Source: a bacterium
GTDB lineage: Bacteria > UBA8248 > JACPRG01 > G963555815
Assembly: GCA_965218795.1 (NCBI GenBank)
Contig: OZ244653.1
Location: 4,672,001-4,736,000 of the forward strand
DNA length: 64,000 nt
Direction of reading: 5' to 3'
Made by a program: the position numbers and the translations under genes. The number at the start of each line of letters is the position of its first letter. Position 1 is the first letter of the stretch. This document shows positions 50,276 through 60,368 of the stretch, in pieces. The notes under the pieces are model-generated. The model worked only from the letters and a program-made list of their open reading frames with translations. It searched no databases and was not told the DNA's origin.

Positions 50276-51349
50276 TTGAGCGAAGGGAGCGATGTGATTG
50301 CCGAAGTGATGGAAAGCAGCAAGGGACGGATGATCGGGGACGGGTTGGAAGCCGCCGACATCGACGAGATCCTGGAGCGGTGTTCGGGCTGGGGGGACTG
50401 GTATGAAGTGGTCACCGGCATCGGGGACCGATACGAACAGATGGCTGAAGAGAGGCTCTCCAATGGATACAGCATTTCGGCGGGCGTATACCTCTGGCGG
50501 GCCTGCATGTATTACCACTATGCACAGTTTTACATGTTTGAGCGTCCCGACTTGAGGGAGGCCGGTCAGAAGAAGAAGGTCGATCTTTACCAGCGCGCCG
50601 CGCCCCTTTTTTTCCCGCCGGCGGAACGCGTCGACATTCCGTTCGAAGGATTCACCATTCCCGGCTATTTTCGAAAACCCCGCGGCGTTGAAAACCCTCC
50701 CTGCGCCGTCTTGATCGGAGGCCTCGAGAGCACCAAGGAGGAAAGCTACCTGTTCGAGCATATGTGCCACGACCGGGGGATGGCGACCTTCGCCTTTGAC
50801 GGACCCGGACAGGGCGAGATGTTCTTCCAGACGAGGATCCGTCCCGATTTTGAGCGGTTCACCTCTGCGGTGCTGGATTACCTGGAGACCCGGAGCGACA
50901 TCGACACATCCAAGTTCGGCGTTCTGGGTAGAAGCTTTGGGGGTTATTACGGGCCCAGAAGCGCCGCCCACGACAAACGAATCGTCGTCTGTGTCTGCTG
51001 GGGAGTCCTGTACGAGCTCCAAACGTATTGGTGGGACATGCACGATCTCACGCGCAATGGGTTTACCTATTGCGCAGGGGAAACGGATCCCGAGAAGGGG
51101 AAAGAGACGCTGAAGTTCATCGACCTCTCCGATTGCTCGGACAAGATTAGCTGCGCACTGTATCTTCAGCACGGAATGAAAGACGACTTGATTCCCTTCA
51201 ACCAGGCCGCCCGGCTGGAAAAAGAAGCCGTGAACGCGAAGGAGATTGTGACCCAGTATGAACCCGAGGGGATTCACTGCTGCCACAACCTCTATCACGT
51301 GACGCGGCTGCCCATGGCTGACTACTTGGCCAAACACCTGGTCGGCTGA
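50276..51349 (+). CDS. Alpha/beta hydrolase, 2,6-dihydroxypseudooxynicotine hydrolase-like
   Basis: 'GGLESTKEE', 'DGPGQGE', nucleophile 'GRSFGGYY', and 'G.HCCHN'. Confidence 0.82.
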   Translation: MSEGSDVIAEVMESSKGRMIGDGLEAADIDEILERCSGWGDWYEVVTGIGDRYEQMAEERLSNGYSISAGVYLWRACMYYHYAQFYMFERPDLREAGQKKKVDLYQRAAPLFFPPAERVDIPFEGFTIPGYFRKPRGVENPPCAVLIGGLESTKEESYLFEHMCHDRGMATFAFDGPGQGEMFFQTRIRPDFERFTSAVLDYLETRSDIDTSKFGVLGRSFGGYYGPRSAAHDKRIVVCVCWGVLYELQTYWWDMHDLTRNGFTYCAGETDPEKGKETLKFIDLSDCSDKISCALYLQHGMKDDLIPFNQAARLEKEAVNAKEIVTQYEPEGIHCCHNLYHVTRLPMADYLAKHLVG

Positions 51350-51529
51350 CGAAGGAGGGACCGGGCGGTCATCGCCGAATCACAAACCGAATGGATTCTG
51401 ATGGTGTGACGGCACTTGAAACTCTGCGACTGCAGAGAGGGCTCCCGGTGACAGGCCTCCTGAAGATTGCGCGATGGGGGCCGGGCCATAGAATAGTTAC
51501 AGGTTTGTCAGGTTTTGGGGAGACTGGTT

Positions 51530-52885
51530 TTGAGTGACGTTCGGTCAGTTTGCAAGAAGGCGGGCGAAGCGTTTCTGACTCTTTCCCCTTTGGGGCCGGA
51601 CGTGCGCGATGCGGCGTTGGAGGCGATGGCGCGAGCCCTGGATCGAGGGGCCGAGGAGATCATGGCCGCCAATCAGGAGGATTGCAGCGACGCCGAAGCG
51701 GCCGTGAACTCAGGCGGCATGTCCCAAGCCGTCTTCAAGCGTCTTGCTCTCGATACGAGCAAGATACAGTCCATGGTGGAAAATATCCGCGCCGTACGAA
51801 ACCAGGACGATCCTCTTGGTGATTGCGATTACGCATGTCGCCTGGACGAGGGATTGGTGCTCCGCCGCGTGACCTGTCCCCTGGGGGTCATCGCCGCAAT
51901 TTTTGAAGCCCGCCCTGATGCGGTTCCCCAAATCGCCTCTCTCTGCTTGAAGTCCGGAAACGCCGTCATCCTCAAAGGTGGAAAGGAGGCGCTGCGGACC
52001 AATCGCGTGACCGCCCGTCTCCTGGATGAAGCCGCCGTGTCGGCCGGTATCCCGCCCGGAGCTCTTCAACTCCTGGAAGCCCGCGAAGAGGTCAGAGAGT
52101 TGCTGAGCATGGATGGGCTGGTGGATTTGGTCATTCCTCGGGGAAGCAATGCGTTTGTGCGATACATCCGCGACCATACACGGACACCTGTTCTCGGACA
52201 CGCGGACGGAATCTGTCACCTTTATGTGGATCGGGCCGTTGAACGATCCGATTCCTTTCAGGCCGCGATTGCGATCGTCCTGGATGCCAAGACGAATTAT
52301 CCGGCGGCATGCAACTCTATCGAGACGATGCTGGTTCATGAAGAAGTGGTGACTGAATTCCTACCCCCCGTGATTTCGGCTCTGGGAGAGGCGGACGTCG
52401 AGGTCAGGGGGTGTCCGAAGAGCCGTCAGATTGTCCCCGATGTGATCCCCGGCACTGATGAAGATTGGGATACGGAGTATTTGGATCTGGTCCTGTCGGT
52501 CCGGGTGGTGACGAATTTGGCGGAAGCCATTGGACACATCAATCGGCACGGCTCGAAGCATACAGATGGAATCGTGACGGAGGATCCGGAGGCGGCCGAG
52601 AAATTCTTGAGCGGGGTAGACGCTGCGAGCGTTCTATGGAATGCTTCCACCCGGTTTGCGGACGGGTACCGTTATGGACTGGGGGCGGAAGTCGGAATCA
52701 GCACTGAAAAACTTCATGCTCGCGGTCCAGTCGGACTTGAAGGGCTGGTGACTTACAAATACCAAGTCGTGGGTTCGGGTCACCGCGTCAGTGATTACAT
52801 GGGAGAGAACGCGCGGCCCTTCCAGCATACTTCACTGTCAGAAGATACCGATATCTTCTCGCAAGAGCTCCGGGCTTCCCGCTAG
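51530..52885 (+). CDS. proA: Gamma-glutamyl phosphate reductase
   Basis: 'PLGVI..IFEARP', 'KSGNAVILKGGKEA', 'ACNSIET', 'NASTRFADG', 'KLHARGP.GL'. Confidence 0.96.
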   Translation: MSDVRSVCKKAGEAFLTLSPLGPDVRDAALEAMARALDRGAEEIMAANQEDCSDAEAAVNSGGMSQAVFKRLALDTSKIQSMVENIRAVRNQDDPLGDCDYACRLDEGLVLRRVTCPLGVIAAIFEARPDAVPQIASLCLKSGNAVILKGGKEALRTNRVTARLLDEAAVSAGIPPGALQLLEAREEVRELLSMDGLVDLVIPRGSNAFVRYIRDHTRTPVLGHADGICHLYVDRAVERSDSFQAAIAIVLDAKTNYPAACNSIETMLVHEEVVTEFLPPVISALGEADVEVRGCPKSRQIVPDVIPGTDEDWDTEYLDLVLSVRVVTNLAEAIGHINRHGSKHTDGIVTEDPEAAEKFLSGVDAASVLWNASTRFADGYRYGLGAEVGISTEKLHARGPVGLEGLVTYKYQVVGSGHRVSDYMGENARPFQHTSLSEDTDIFSQELRASR

Positions 52886-52894
52886 CATCCCCCA

Positions 52895-53377
52895 TCAGTC
52901 CGAGGCGAGTCGTTGAGGGTCAGGCCCCGGCAACCGGGAATCAACCTCTCTTTTGGGGAAGCAGATACGGTGGTCGAACCGAACGACCGCCCGGTACGTC
53001 AGGAAATAGGTCCGATTGAAACCTCGAGCATTCGTCATTTGATCCAACAGCAAATGGGAAAAGTGCCCCATGGCCACCCCCAATATCCATGGAGCATTTT
53101 GGAACGAGGCTGCCAAAATCAAGAGCACAGCCGAAATCTCAAAACCGTGAAGGAAAAGAAAGGCCGTCCCCGGAGTGTTGACGGGCCCCACTCCCAGGCG
53201 CGCCATCCGGCGGAAGGCTTCCCTCGGTCCCCAATGAAGCGCGAAATCCACAAAATGGTCCAGATCGATGGCCCACCCCGCTAGAAAAAAGGCTCCTCCA
53301 ATTTCCACCGATCCGGAGACCACGCCTACACCGATGCCGGCCGCTGCGGAAACCGTCATATGTCGTGCTGCATTCAT
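52895..53377 (-). CDS. Putative membrane-bound metal-dependent hydrolase (YdjM-like)
   Basis: 'H', 'IDLDH', 'LHGFE' and 'HLLLD' motifs among TM segments. Confidence 0.6.
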   Translation of the reverse strand: MNAARHMTVSAAAGIGVGVVSGSVEIGGAFFLAGWAIDLDHFVDFALHWGPREAFRRMARLGVGPVNTPGTAFLFLHGFEISAVLLILAASFQNAPWILGVAMGHFSHLLLDQMTNARGFNRTYFLTYRAVVRFDHRICFPKREVDSRLPGPDPQRLASD

Positions 53378-53486
53378 GCACTCATTGTTCTCCTGGAATG
53401 CATGCAGTTCGATTGTGCATGATACGGCCGAAGCCGCCTATTGAATATCGAGGTAGGCACTTTCGACATTGAAGGAAAATAACAGT

Positions 53487-53729
53487 TCAACCCTCTCCAC
53501 GCAGTCTCTCCTTCTTCCATTTCTTCTTCAGATAATTCGTGATGAGGATTTCCATCATTTCCTCTGCATCTTCCTGATCATCGCCGATGCCATAAAAATC
53601 CCGTTCGATGGCGTTTTCCCCATCGTTCGGTTTCATCCCCTCATCGTACAGATTCGCCCACACCTCCCATCTTTCTTCGCTCTCGGAGAACCGCAATTCG
53701 ACGGCGCGACCCAAGATATCTTTTTCCAT
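53487..53729 (-). CDS. Small acidic hypothetical protein
   Basis: GGAG RBS before the ATG, 80-aa ORF directly downstream of the cold-shock gene. Confidence 0.55.
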   Translation of the reverse strand: MEKDILGRAVELRFSESEERWEVWANLYDEGMKPNDGENAIERDFYGIGDDQEDAEEMMEILITNYLKKKWKKERLRGEG

Positions 53730-53789
53730 GGCTCTCCCTTCCCAAGGGCAGCGGGAATCTCAATCCTGATGAGACGCACCCTGGGTTCG

Positions 53790-54317
53790 CTACAGGTGAT
53801 CCGTCACAACCGCCCGGCAGGAGTCCGCGTTGGCCTTTGTCACACGGTCCACAACGGCTGACAAGGTGGCCCTGTCGATGCCCAATTGCCGCGCAGCATC
53901 CAATTGATCGCGGACGCCCGATTCGGCTCCTCGGGTGATGCTGACGGCCAGTCGGATGAGCAGTTCTTCGCGCTGCGTCAACGGGCCGATTTCCTCCGAT
54001 TCGGGAAGGATTTCCTCCGGTTCGGGAAGGATTTCATCCGGTTCCTCGTCCCATCCTGATGGAACGTCGGATTCCACCTCCCAGTTGCTCTCGTCTTGGT
54101 TCTCTTCGATATCGGAGCCGGCCGAGCGTACGTTGACCGCCTGTAACCCTTGGGGAAATTGTGCAACGTCAAACTCGACGATTTGATTCTCGTGCAGGTC
54201 GGCAAATTCGGTTTTGCGGAGTTTCGAGCAATGGAAGAAAAGATCCTCCCTGTTCGACGTCTCAATAAATCCAAATCCTCTATCGGTAATCAGCCGCTTG
54301 ATTCTTCCTTTTGACAT
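53790..54317 (-). CDS. Cold-shock domain protein with acidic linker and CMD/AhpD-like helical C-terminus
   Basis: RNP1 'RGFGFI', RNP2 'LFFH', 'G.QA.NV', then 'LTQREELLIRLAVS...QLDAARQLG'. Confidence 0.8.
   Translation of the reverse strand: MSKGRIKRLITDRGFGFIETSNREDLFFHCSKLRKTEFADLHENQIVEFDVAQFPQGLQAVNVRSAGSDIEENQDESNWEVESDVPSGWDEEPDEILPEPEEILPESEEIGPLTQREELLIRLAVSITRGAESGVRDQLDAARQLGIDRATLSAVVDRVTKANADSCRAVVTDHL
53989..54041. repeat. 21-bp coding tandem repeat (about 2.5 units)
   Basis: TTCGGGAAGGATTTC(C/A)TCCGG x2, encoding EP(D/E)EILP. Confidence 0.8.
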
Positions 54318-54532
54318 TGAATATGCATCCTTCTATCTGGCCCTGAAAATGAAATGGATCAGCCGATCCGCCCGCCAGTTGGACAGCCGTCCTCAAATCG
54401 GATAACTCATTGTTTGATGGGTTGCTGAGATCCATTTCAAAAATCGACCAAAGCTCAATGGGTGAAAACACAATTCTTACGGATAGCCCAGTAAAAGCTA
54501 AGCTGCCGAGTGTTTCCTCTGCCCGTCGAACG

Positions 54533-54718
54533 TTACATCTCAATCAGAGCCTTCTTGACGTTAAACAGCTTTCCATCCTCGTTCTTGATCAATACGAGAT
54601 CTCCCTCCCAGTCTTGAATAACGGTCACCTCCTCTCCCTCGCTGAATTCAACGGGTTCCGGGTCACCATCCTTGCCCATCCGAATGTAAGCTGTGAAGTC
54701 CTCTTTGACTGTGGCCAT
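54533..54718 (-). CDS. Small SH3-like beta-barrel protein
   Basis: AGGAG RBS, 61 aa, 'F..GE.VTVIQ.W.....LIKN..G..FNV'. Confidence 0.55.
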   Translation of the reverse strand: MATVKEDFTAYIRMGKDGDPEPVEFSEGEEVTVIQDWEGDLVLIKNEDGKLFNVKKALIEM

Positions 54719-54963
54719 TCTGGCGAATCTCCTCGTCCAGCCGTCCGTCTCGACGAACGTCCGACGCTCTTCAAAAAATGTCAAACGACCTGAACAATCG
54801 ATTGGCCGAATCTGGATTCGGCCGATAACCCTTAATTTTTCTGAAATTATATCCGACTCCGACCGATCGTCAATACTGCAATGAGCGGTCGCCTTCCTTG
54901 GCTTCTATGGTGTTCGGCTTATTTCTCGGGCTTCTTCTTTCGTCCGACGTTTCCGGCGCCGTC

Positions 54964-55800
54964 TCAGGTCGCCCTGGGGTATTTGCGTTTCTCTGCAGGC
55001 CGATGCTTGCGTAGCGTTTCGATGAATTCGACTCCGTTATCAATGATTGCCTGCCACAGTTTCTCGCCCTTTTCCACTGTGGCGACGGTCGGGTCGCCAA
55101 TGTGAGATGGAGGGGTATAGAAGCTCTGATCGTCTGCCGTAATCGTGATGGGGATCCTGTCACCGGTGGCGAAGTGGTCATGGGAGAAGAATCGCGTTTC
55201 AAAGTGGAGATTGCCCCGGTGCTCAAAGGCCTTGTCCATTTGCACCAGTTCGGGGCGCCTGAAAAGCATGTGGGACGTCTCGAACTCTCCGCCATGCTGT
55301 CCTGCGCCGGGATTTTCGCAAACCTCTCTGTGGGTTGAAGATGCGATGATCAGAGGGTCGTATAAAGCAAACAAGACCTCCGGATGCTCTTGTTTGACGG
55401 TCTTGCTCGCAATCCCGATCACAGCGACGTTGGCCAGCCGGTGACCGTTGAACGTGATGATATTTTTGAATCCATGTTTGATGAGACTGCGGTAGATATC
55501 CTTGAGGAGATGAACCACCGTTTCCGGCTGAAGTGAGATTCCCGGTTTGTGCATGTGATGCTGAGCGTCTCCAAACCAATTCGGGGGCGTGCACAGGACA
55601 CCCGCCGCCTCCGCAATCCCTTCCGAGTAATCAATGGCCTCGAATCCGTCGACCCCGATGGGAAGATGCGGACCGTGCGGCTCGGTACTTCCGATGGGGA
55701 CGACAACGATGTCTTCCTGCTCCAGGTATTCGGCAATCTCCTCCCACGTCAGATCCTGCATCCAAATGGATTTGAGTTTCTTCTTGCGCGCGGCAGCCAT
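54964..55800 (-). CDS. Creatininase-family amidohydrolase
   Basis: 'PIGSTEPHGPHLP.G.D', 'NGH..N', 'HGGEFETS', 'GDP..AT.EKGE'. Confidence 0.9.
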   Translation of the reverse strand: MAAARKKKLKSIWMQDLTWEEIAEYLEQEDIVVVPIGSTEPHGPHLPIGVDGFEAIDYSEGIAEAAGVLCTPPNWFGDAQHHMHKPGISLQPETVVHLLKDIYRSLIKHGFKNIITFNGHRLANVAVIGIASKTVKQEHPEVLFALYDPLIIASSTHREVCENPGAGQHGGEFETSHMLFRRPELVQMDKAFEHRGNLHFETRFFSHDHFATGDRIPITITADDQSFYTPPSHIGDPTVATVEKGEKLWQAIIDNGVEFIETLRKHRPAEKRKYPRAT

Positions 55801-55879
55801 TCGTTCTTTCCCCCTTTGCGGCAAAAGGCGTCCCAGTCGTTGAGTGGGTAGAAGGCAGGCGGGCCCAAGGACTCGGACT

Positions 55880-57682
55880 TCATGTCTTGGCCTCGATGTG
55901 CGGTCGTTCCTCACCGACTTTCAGCGGATCGATGGTCGTTACGGCGACGGGTTCAGTTCGGAGCGCGATAGCCCCATCCTCCGAGCGGCGAAGGTACGTA
56001 TTGCGCAGCCAGTTTTGCTGGTCCATCTCGATGAAATCGTCCCGGTGATGATTCCCCCGGCTTTCGGTCCGCTCCAATGCCGCGCGGGCCACCAACATGC
56101 AAGTGTCGAGCTGGTGCGGAAGGAGGAGAGCCGTCGCCCATTCCAGATTGAATCCCTTGGGCTTACTGTTGACCTTGGCCCGGGGAAGAAGCTCATGCTT
56201 CGTCTCGTCGAACCAATCCAGCGCGGCGCTGAGGTCCTTTTTGTTTCGAATGATGCCGACCTTTTCCCACATGGTTTCCTGCATCTTCTGTCGAATCCGA
56301 ATAGGGCTTGGACCCGAGGTTTCGCCGTCCTCCGTCCAGCGGAGAATCCGCCGGCGTTCCGCCTCCACCGCAGAAGCCGAGACGTCTTGACCTGGGTGAC
56401 GAGCGGCGTAGGCCGCCGCCTCCCGGCCGGCGATTCGTCCGAAGGCAAGAACATGCGTCAGGGCGTTCCCGCCCAGACGGTTTGCCCCGTGCACGCCGCC
56501 TTGAACTTCGCCGGCCGCGTACAGTCCCTGAACGTCCGACATCATATCCATCCCGGTCCGAACGCCTCCCCCCGTGAAATGCGCCTTGGCGCCCACCTCC
56601 ATGGGTTCTTTGGACAGATCGAACCCGATTCGCTCGCAGCGGACCTTATAACTTCTGGGTACGGACCTCCCGCCCTGGAATTTGTTGAACTCGTAGTCCA
56701 GGACGTCCGGGGGAACCGTCGTCAGATCCATGTAACATCCGCCGTGTGGAGAGCCCCGCCCATTCCGCACTTCGTTGTAAATGGCGAAAGAGCGCACGTC
56801 ACGTGTGGTGTTCCATTTTCGTATGTGGTCGTATGTGGAGAGAAAGTCTTCGTCCAAGGCGTTTTTGAACTTCCCGTGCTTTCGGATCTCGGGCCGCCAG
56901 CCGGGAAAATTCGTCAGGGTGGGATTGATGTGGGTGATGCGGGGGTCGACTTGGGACGGAACGAACTGGATGAATTCCATATCGACCATTTCCGCTCCTG
57001 CCTGAAATGCCATGCCGTGCACGTCGCCCCCGGTCTCGACCGCATTGGTCGTGAACCGGTATGGCCATAGGGTGGAGTAGCCGCCGGCGGCCAGTATGAC
57101 AGCCTTCGCCTTGAAAACCTTATATTCCCCGCTCTTCCAGTCCATCCCGGTTACGCCCGTAACCCTGCCGTCTTCCGTAACGAGACTGGAGACAAGAATG
57201 TTTTCCATCCAGGGGATATTGAGCCGGTCGATTTCTCTCCGGAGCGCCCACATAATGCGGGGACCGGTCATGAATCCGTAGTGAACGGAGCGCTTCCGGG
57301 AATGACCGCCGGGAGGCCAGATCAAGTCGAATCTCCCTTCCCGGTTCTTCCGGAAGGTCTGTCCGCCACCCCACTCATCCAACTCGTACAAGGTTTCAGG
57401 TGACTCTTGGGCATACAACTTGACGAGGCGCTGGTCGGACATGCAGTAGCCGCCGACCACGGTATCGTAAAAGTGTAGATCCGGGGTGTCGTCCTCGCCG
57501 ACCGCACCCGTACATGTATGACCCGCGGTGATGGTTCCACCGCTCCGGCCGAAGGTGCCCCGGTCGAGCACGAGGACTCGGGCGTTGCTTTTGGCGGCGT
57601 GAACGGCGGCTTCGCCCCCGGCTCCGCCAGAGCCGACGACAATGACGTCGGTCTCGATCGCATTCTGGGTCTTGGGGGTCAC
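55880..57682 (-). CDS. SdhA/FrdA/NadB-family flavoprotein, paralog 2
   Basis: 'GSGGAG', 'GGHS..R', 'DMEFIQF', 'GANRLGGNAL', 'R.ESRG.H.R.D'. Probable GTG start after GGAG. Confidence 0.88.
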   Translation of the reverse strand: MTPKTQNAIETDVIVVGSGGAGGEAAVHAAKSNARVLVLDRGTFGRSGGTITAGHTCTGAVGEDDTPDLHFYDTVVGGYCMSDQRLVKLYAQESPETLYELDEWGGGQTFRKNREGRFDLIWPPGGHSRKRSVHYGFMTGPRIMWALRREIDRLNIPWMENILVSSLVTEDGRVTGVTGMDWKSGEYKVFKAKAVILAAGGYSTLWPYRFTTNAVETGGDVHGMAFQAGAEMVDMEFIQFVPSQVDPRITHINPTLTNFPGWRPEIRKHGKFKNALDEDFLSTYDHIRKWNTTRDVRSFAIYNEVRNGRGSPHGGCYMDLTTVPPDVLDYEFNKFQGGRSVPRSYKVRCERIGFDLSKEPMEVGAKAHFTGGGVRTGMDMMSDVQGLYAAGEVQGGVHGANRLGGNALTHVLAFGRIAGREAAAYAARHPGQDVSASAVEAERRRILRWTEDGETSGPSPIRIRQKMQETMWEKVGIIRNKKDLSAALDWFDETKHELLPRAKVNSKPKGFNLEWATALLLPHQLDTCMLVARAALERTESRGNHHRDDFIEMDQQNWLRNTYLRRSEDGAIALRTEPVAVTTIDPLKVGEERPHIEAKT

Positions 57683-57797
57683 CGGAGAGTTCTCCACACG
57701 CGCGCTCAATGGAGATGATCGCGGAACGAGACAGCGAGAAACGGTAAAACCGCTCATCTTCTGCAAAAGAAGAGCGGGGTTGGGGGGACTGACCCAA

Positions 57798-58160
57798 TCA
57801 GTCCGTGAATTCGTTCTGAGCGTATTCCGATCTTTCCATTTTTTCGCCGAATTCCACCACCAGGTCTCGGATCAGGCGATAGCGCGGTACGGGCTCGATC
57901 ACCATCCCTTCTTCCAGCGGGATCTGGCAGGAAAGGACGGATTTTCCATTGACCCGCATTTGACAGGTACGGCAGTCTTCAATTCGGCACGACCACCGGA
58001 CGGCGAGCGAATGGTCGATCTCCTCCTGAATGTAACGCAATCCGTCGAGGACCTTGATGCCCTCCCACCATGGAATCGTGAATTCCTGCAATCGGCCCTC
58101 GGTCTCTCCCGCGCCTGGATCCTGACGGTAGACCTTAAACTGTAATTTGCGGTCGCTCAT
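57798..58160 (-). CDS. Stand-alone 2Fe-2S protein (SdhB/FrdB N-terminal domain only)
   Basis: 'VLDGL.YI....D.SL..RWSCR..DC..C.M.VNG...L.C...IEP......IRDLVV', then a stop before any 4Fe-4S motif. Confidence 0.88.
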   Translation of the reverse strand: MSDRKLQFKVYRQDPGAGETEGRLQEFTIPWWEGIKVLDGLRYIQEEIDHSLAVRWSCRIEDCRTCQMRVNGKSVLSCQIPLEEGMVIEPVPRYRLIRDLVVEFGEKMERSEYAQNEFTD

Positions 58161-59928
58161 GGATGACCTCCTTCGGGTCAATTGTCGTGACATGCAGAGG
58201 TTCCGTCCGGAGTTCCACGGCTCCACTGTCGCCCCGGCGCAGATAGACGTTTCTCAGCCAATTTTCATTATCTATGGCCAGATGGTCGTCTCGATGGTGA
58301 TTTCCACGGCTTTCCGTCCGCTCCAGCGCCGCACGGGCGACCAACATGCAGGTGTCGAGCTGATGGGGAAGGGTGACGGCCGTTGCCCATTCCCAGTTGA
58401 AGGGCAGGGGTTTGGATTCGATCCTGGCTCGCGGCAGCAAATCATTTTTCGCCTCGGCGAACCAATCCATCGCGGACTTCAAGTCGGTTTCGTTCCGGAT
58501 CACCCCTACCTTTTCCCACATGATTTCCTGCATTCTCTGACGGAGGCGAATCGGGCTTTCACCCTTTCCGCTTCCGTCCATCCAGCCGAAAACCCGCTGA
58601 TGTTCCTCGTCCACTTTGGCGTCGATGACCTTTGGCGAAGGCGCCTTGGCGGTGTAAGCCGCTGCTTCCCGTCCGGCCACGCGCCCAAAGGCGGCCACAT
58701 GAGTGAGGGCGTTGCCGCCCAAGCGGTTTGCGCCGTGTAAGCCGCCCTGGGTCTCGCCCGCCGCGTATAAGCCTTCGACGGTCGACATCATGTCCACGCC
58801 CGTCTGCACCCCCCCGCCGGTGAAGTGAGACTTGGTTCCTACCTCCATCGGCTCCTTGGAAAGGTCGAATCCCACCCTCTCGCAACGGACGCGGTAACTC
58901 TTGGGAATCGATTTTCCACCTTGGAACTTGTCGAATTCGTAAATGAGGATGTCTCGCGGTACAGGCGTCAGGTCCATGTAACAGCCGCCGTGGGGCGAGC
59001 CAAGACCGGCCCGGACCTCGCTGTAAATGCCGAAGGAGCGAATGTCCCGCGTGGTGTTCCAGGATCGGACATCATCGTACTTCGCGAGAAAGTCCTCCCC
59101 CTTTGAGTTCAGAAATCTTCCGTGTTCCCGAATTTTCGGTCGCCACCCCGGGAAATTCGTGAGCGTGACATTGATGTGCGTAATCCTTGGATCCACCTGG
59201 GAGGGGAGAAACTGGACGAACTCCATGTCGACCATGTCCGCGCCCACTTCATAAGCCATTCCGTGAACGTCGCCTCCGCACTCGACGGCCGTGGTCGTGA
59301 ACCGGAGGGGCCAGAGGGTGGCGTATCCGCCGGCCGCCAGGATGACCGCTTTGGCTTTAAAGACCAGAAACTCTCCGGTCTTCCAGTCCAGTCCGGTCAC
59401 GCCCCCGACCTTCCCATCCTCGACGAGGATGCTGGTGACCAGGATGTTCTCCATCCATGGCACGGCCATTCGGTCGATCTCTCTGCGAAGGGCCCACATG
59501 ATCCGCGGGCCGGTCATGAACCCATAGTGAACCGATCGCTTGCGGGAATGTCCCCCGGGAGGCCAGATCAGATCGAATTTTCCATCCTTGTCCTTCCGGA
59601 AGGTCTTGCCCCCGCCCCACTCATCCAATTCGTAAAGCGTCTCAGGGGATTCCTTCGCGTAGAGATCGACAAGTCGCTGATCGGGAATGCAATAACCTCC
59701 GATGACGGTGTCGCGGAAATGCAATTCGGTCGTGTCATCATCTCCGACCGCCGCCGTGCAGGTATGGCCGGCCGTGATGGTCGCTCCGCTTCGGCCGAAA
59801 GTGCCCCGGTCCAGGATCAGCACCTTCGCTCCGTTTTTTTGGGCATGGATGGCCGCTTCACCACCCGCGCCGCCGGATCCGACGACAATGACGTCCGTAT
59901 CGATGGTACGTTGGGATTTCAGGTTCAC
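58135..59928 (-). CDS. SdhA/FrdA/NadB-family flavoprotein, paralog 1
   Basis: Same motifs as paralog 2, with long identical stretches. Confidence 0.88.
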   Translation of the reverse strand: MNLKSQRTIDTDVIVVGSGGAGGEAAIHAQKNGAKVLILDRGTFGRSGATITAGHTCTAAVGDDDTTELHFRDTVIGGYCIPDQRLVDLYAKESPETLYELDEWGGGKTFRKDKDGKFDLIWPPGGHSRKRSVHYGFMTGPRIMWALRREIDRMAVPWMENILVTSILVEDGKVGGVTGLDWKTGEFLVFKAKAVILAAGGYATLWPLRFTTTAVECGGDVHGMAYEVGADMVDMEFVQFLPSQVDPRITHINVTLTNFPGWRPKIREHGRFLNSKGEDFLAKYDDVRSWNTTRDIRSFGIYSEVRAGLGSPHGGCYMDLTPVPRDILIYEFDKFQGGKSIPKSYRVRCERVGFDLSKEPMEVGTKSHFTGGGVQTGVDMMSTVEGLYAAGETQGGLHGANRLGGNALTHVAAFGRVAGREAAAYTAKAPSPKVIDAKVDEEHQRVFGWMDGSGKGESPIRLRQRMQEIMWEKVGVIRNETDLKSAMDWFAEAKNDLLPRARIESKPLPFNWEWATAVTLPHQLDTCMLVARAALERTESRGNHHRDDHLAIDNENWLRNVYLRRGDSGAVELRTEPLHVTTIDPKEVIHERPQITV

Positions 59929-60368
59929 GGGGGATGACTCCTGCTAATGGAAGTAGCCGTGTAGCGATGCGATCGTGGAGAAAGGCATTCAAAAATTTCC
60001 AGGCGATGAGCGCGTCATGATGAATCGAATCGGAAAATGTCTCCATGCGATTGATAAACAAAAGGCGGCCAGGGGGAAAACCCACTCCCTATTCTCCCAC
60101 AAGGGCCGAACATTGACAATTCGGCGGAAGCTTCAATAGATTGGCCGGACACCCGAGGCGCCGCATGGAGGAGGGACGGACTTTTTGTTATCAAGCCGCT
60201 TTCCCGGGACCCATGGCGGCAGCGACGACAGGGTAACAATCCGTCAATGGGTGAGATCTTGGCCAAAACTCCGGGAAGAGCGCGGACTGTCTGAAGAGGG
60301 GGGATGCCGGCATTCTGTCGGCGAATCTTGACTTGTATCTCGACAGCGCTTCTTAGAGAAGGGCGCGT

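Noticed and set aside
54804-54823. Palindrome GGCCGAATC-TG-GATTCGGCC as a terminator
   Set aside because: The loop is very short and no U tract follows directly. It could be an operator, but nothing supports that.
55880-59928. Succinate dehydrogenase/fumarate reductase operon
   Set aside because: The catalytic His and the TE..RGEG motif are missing, the Fe-S subunit is short, and there are no anchor subunits.
59930-60365. Riboswitch or ncRNA in long intergenic regions (also 43630-44050 and 62070-62350)
   Set aside because: No recognisable consensus by eye. An Rfam/Infernal search would be needed.
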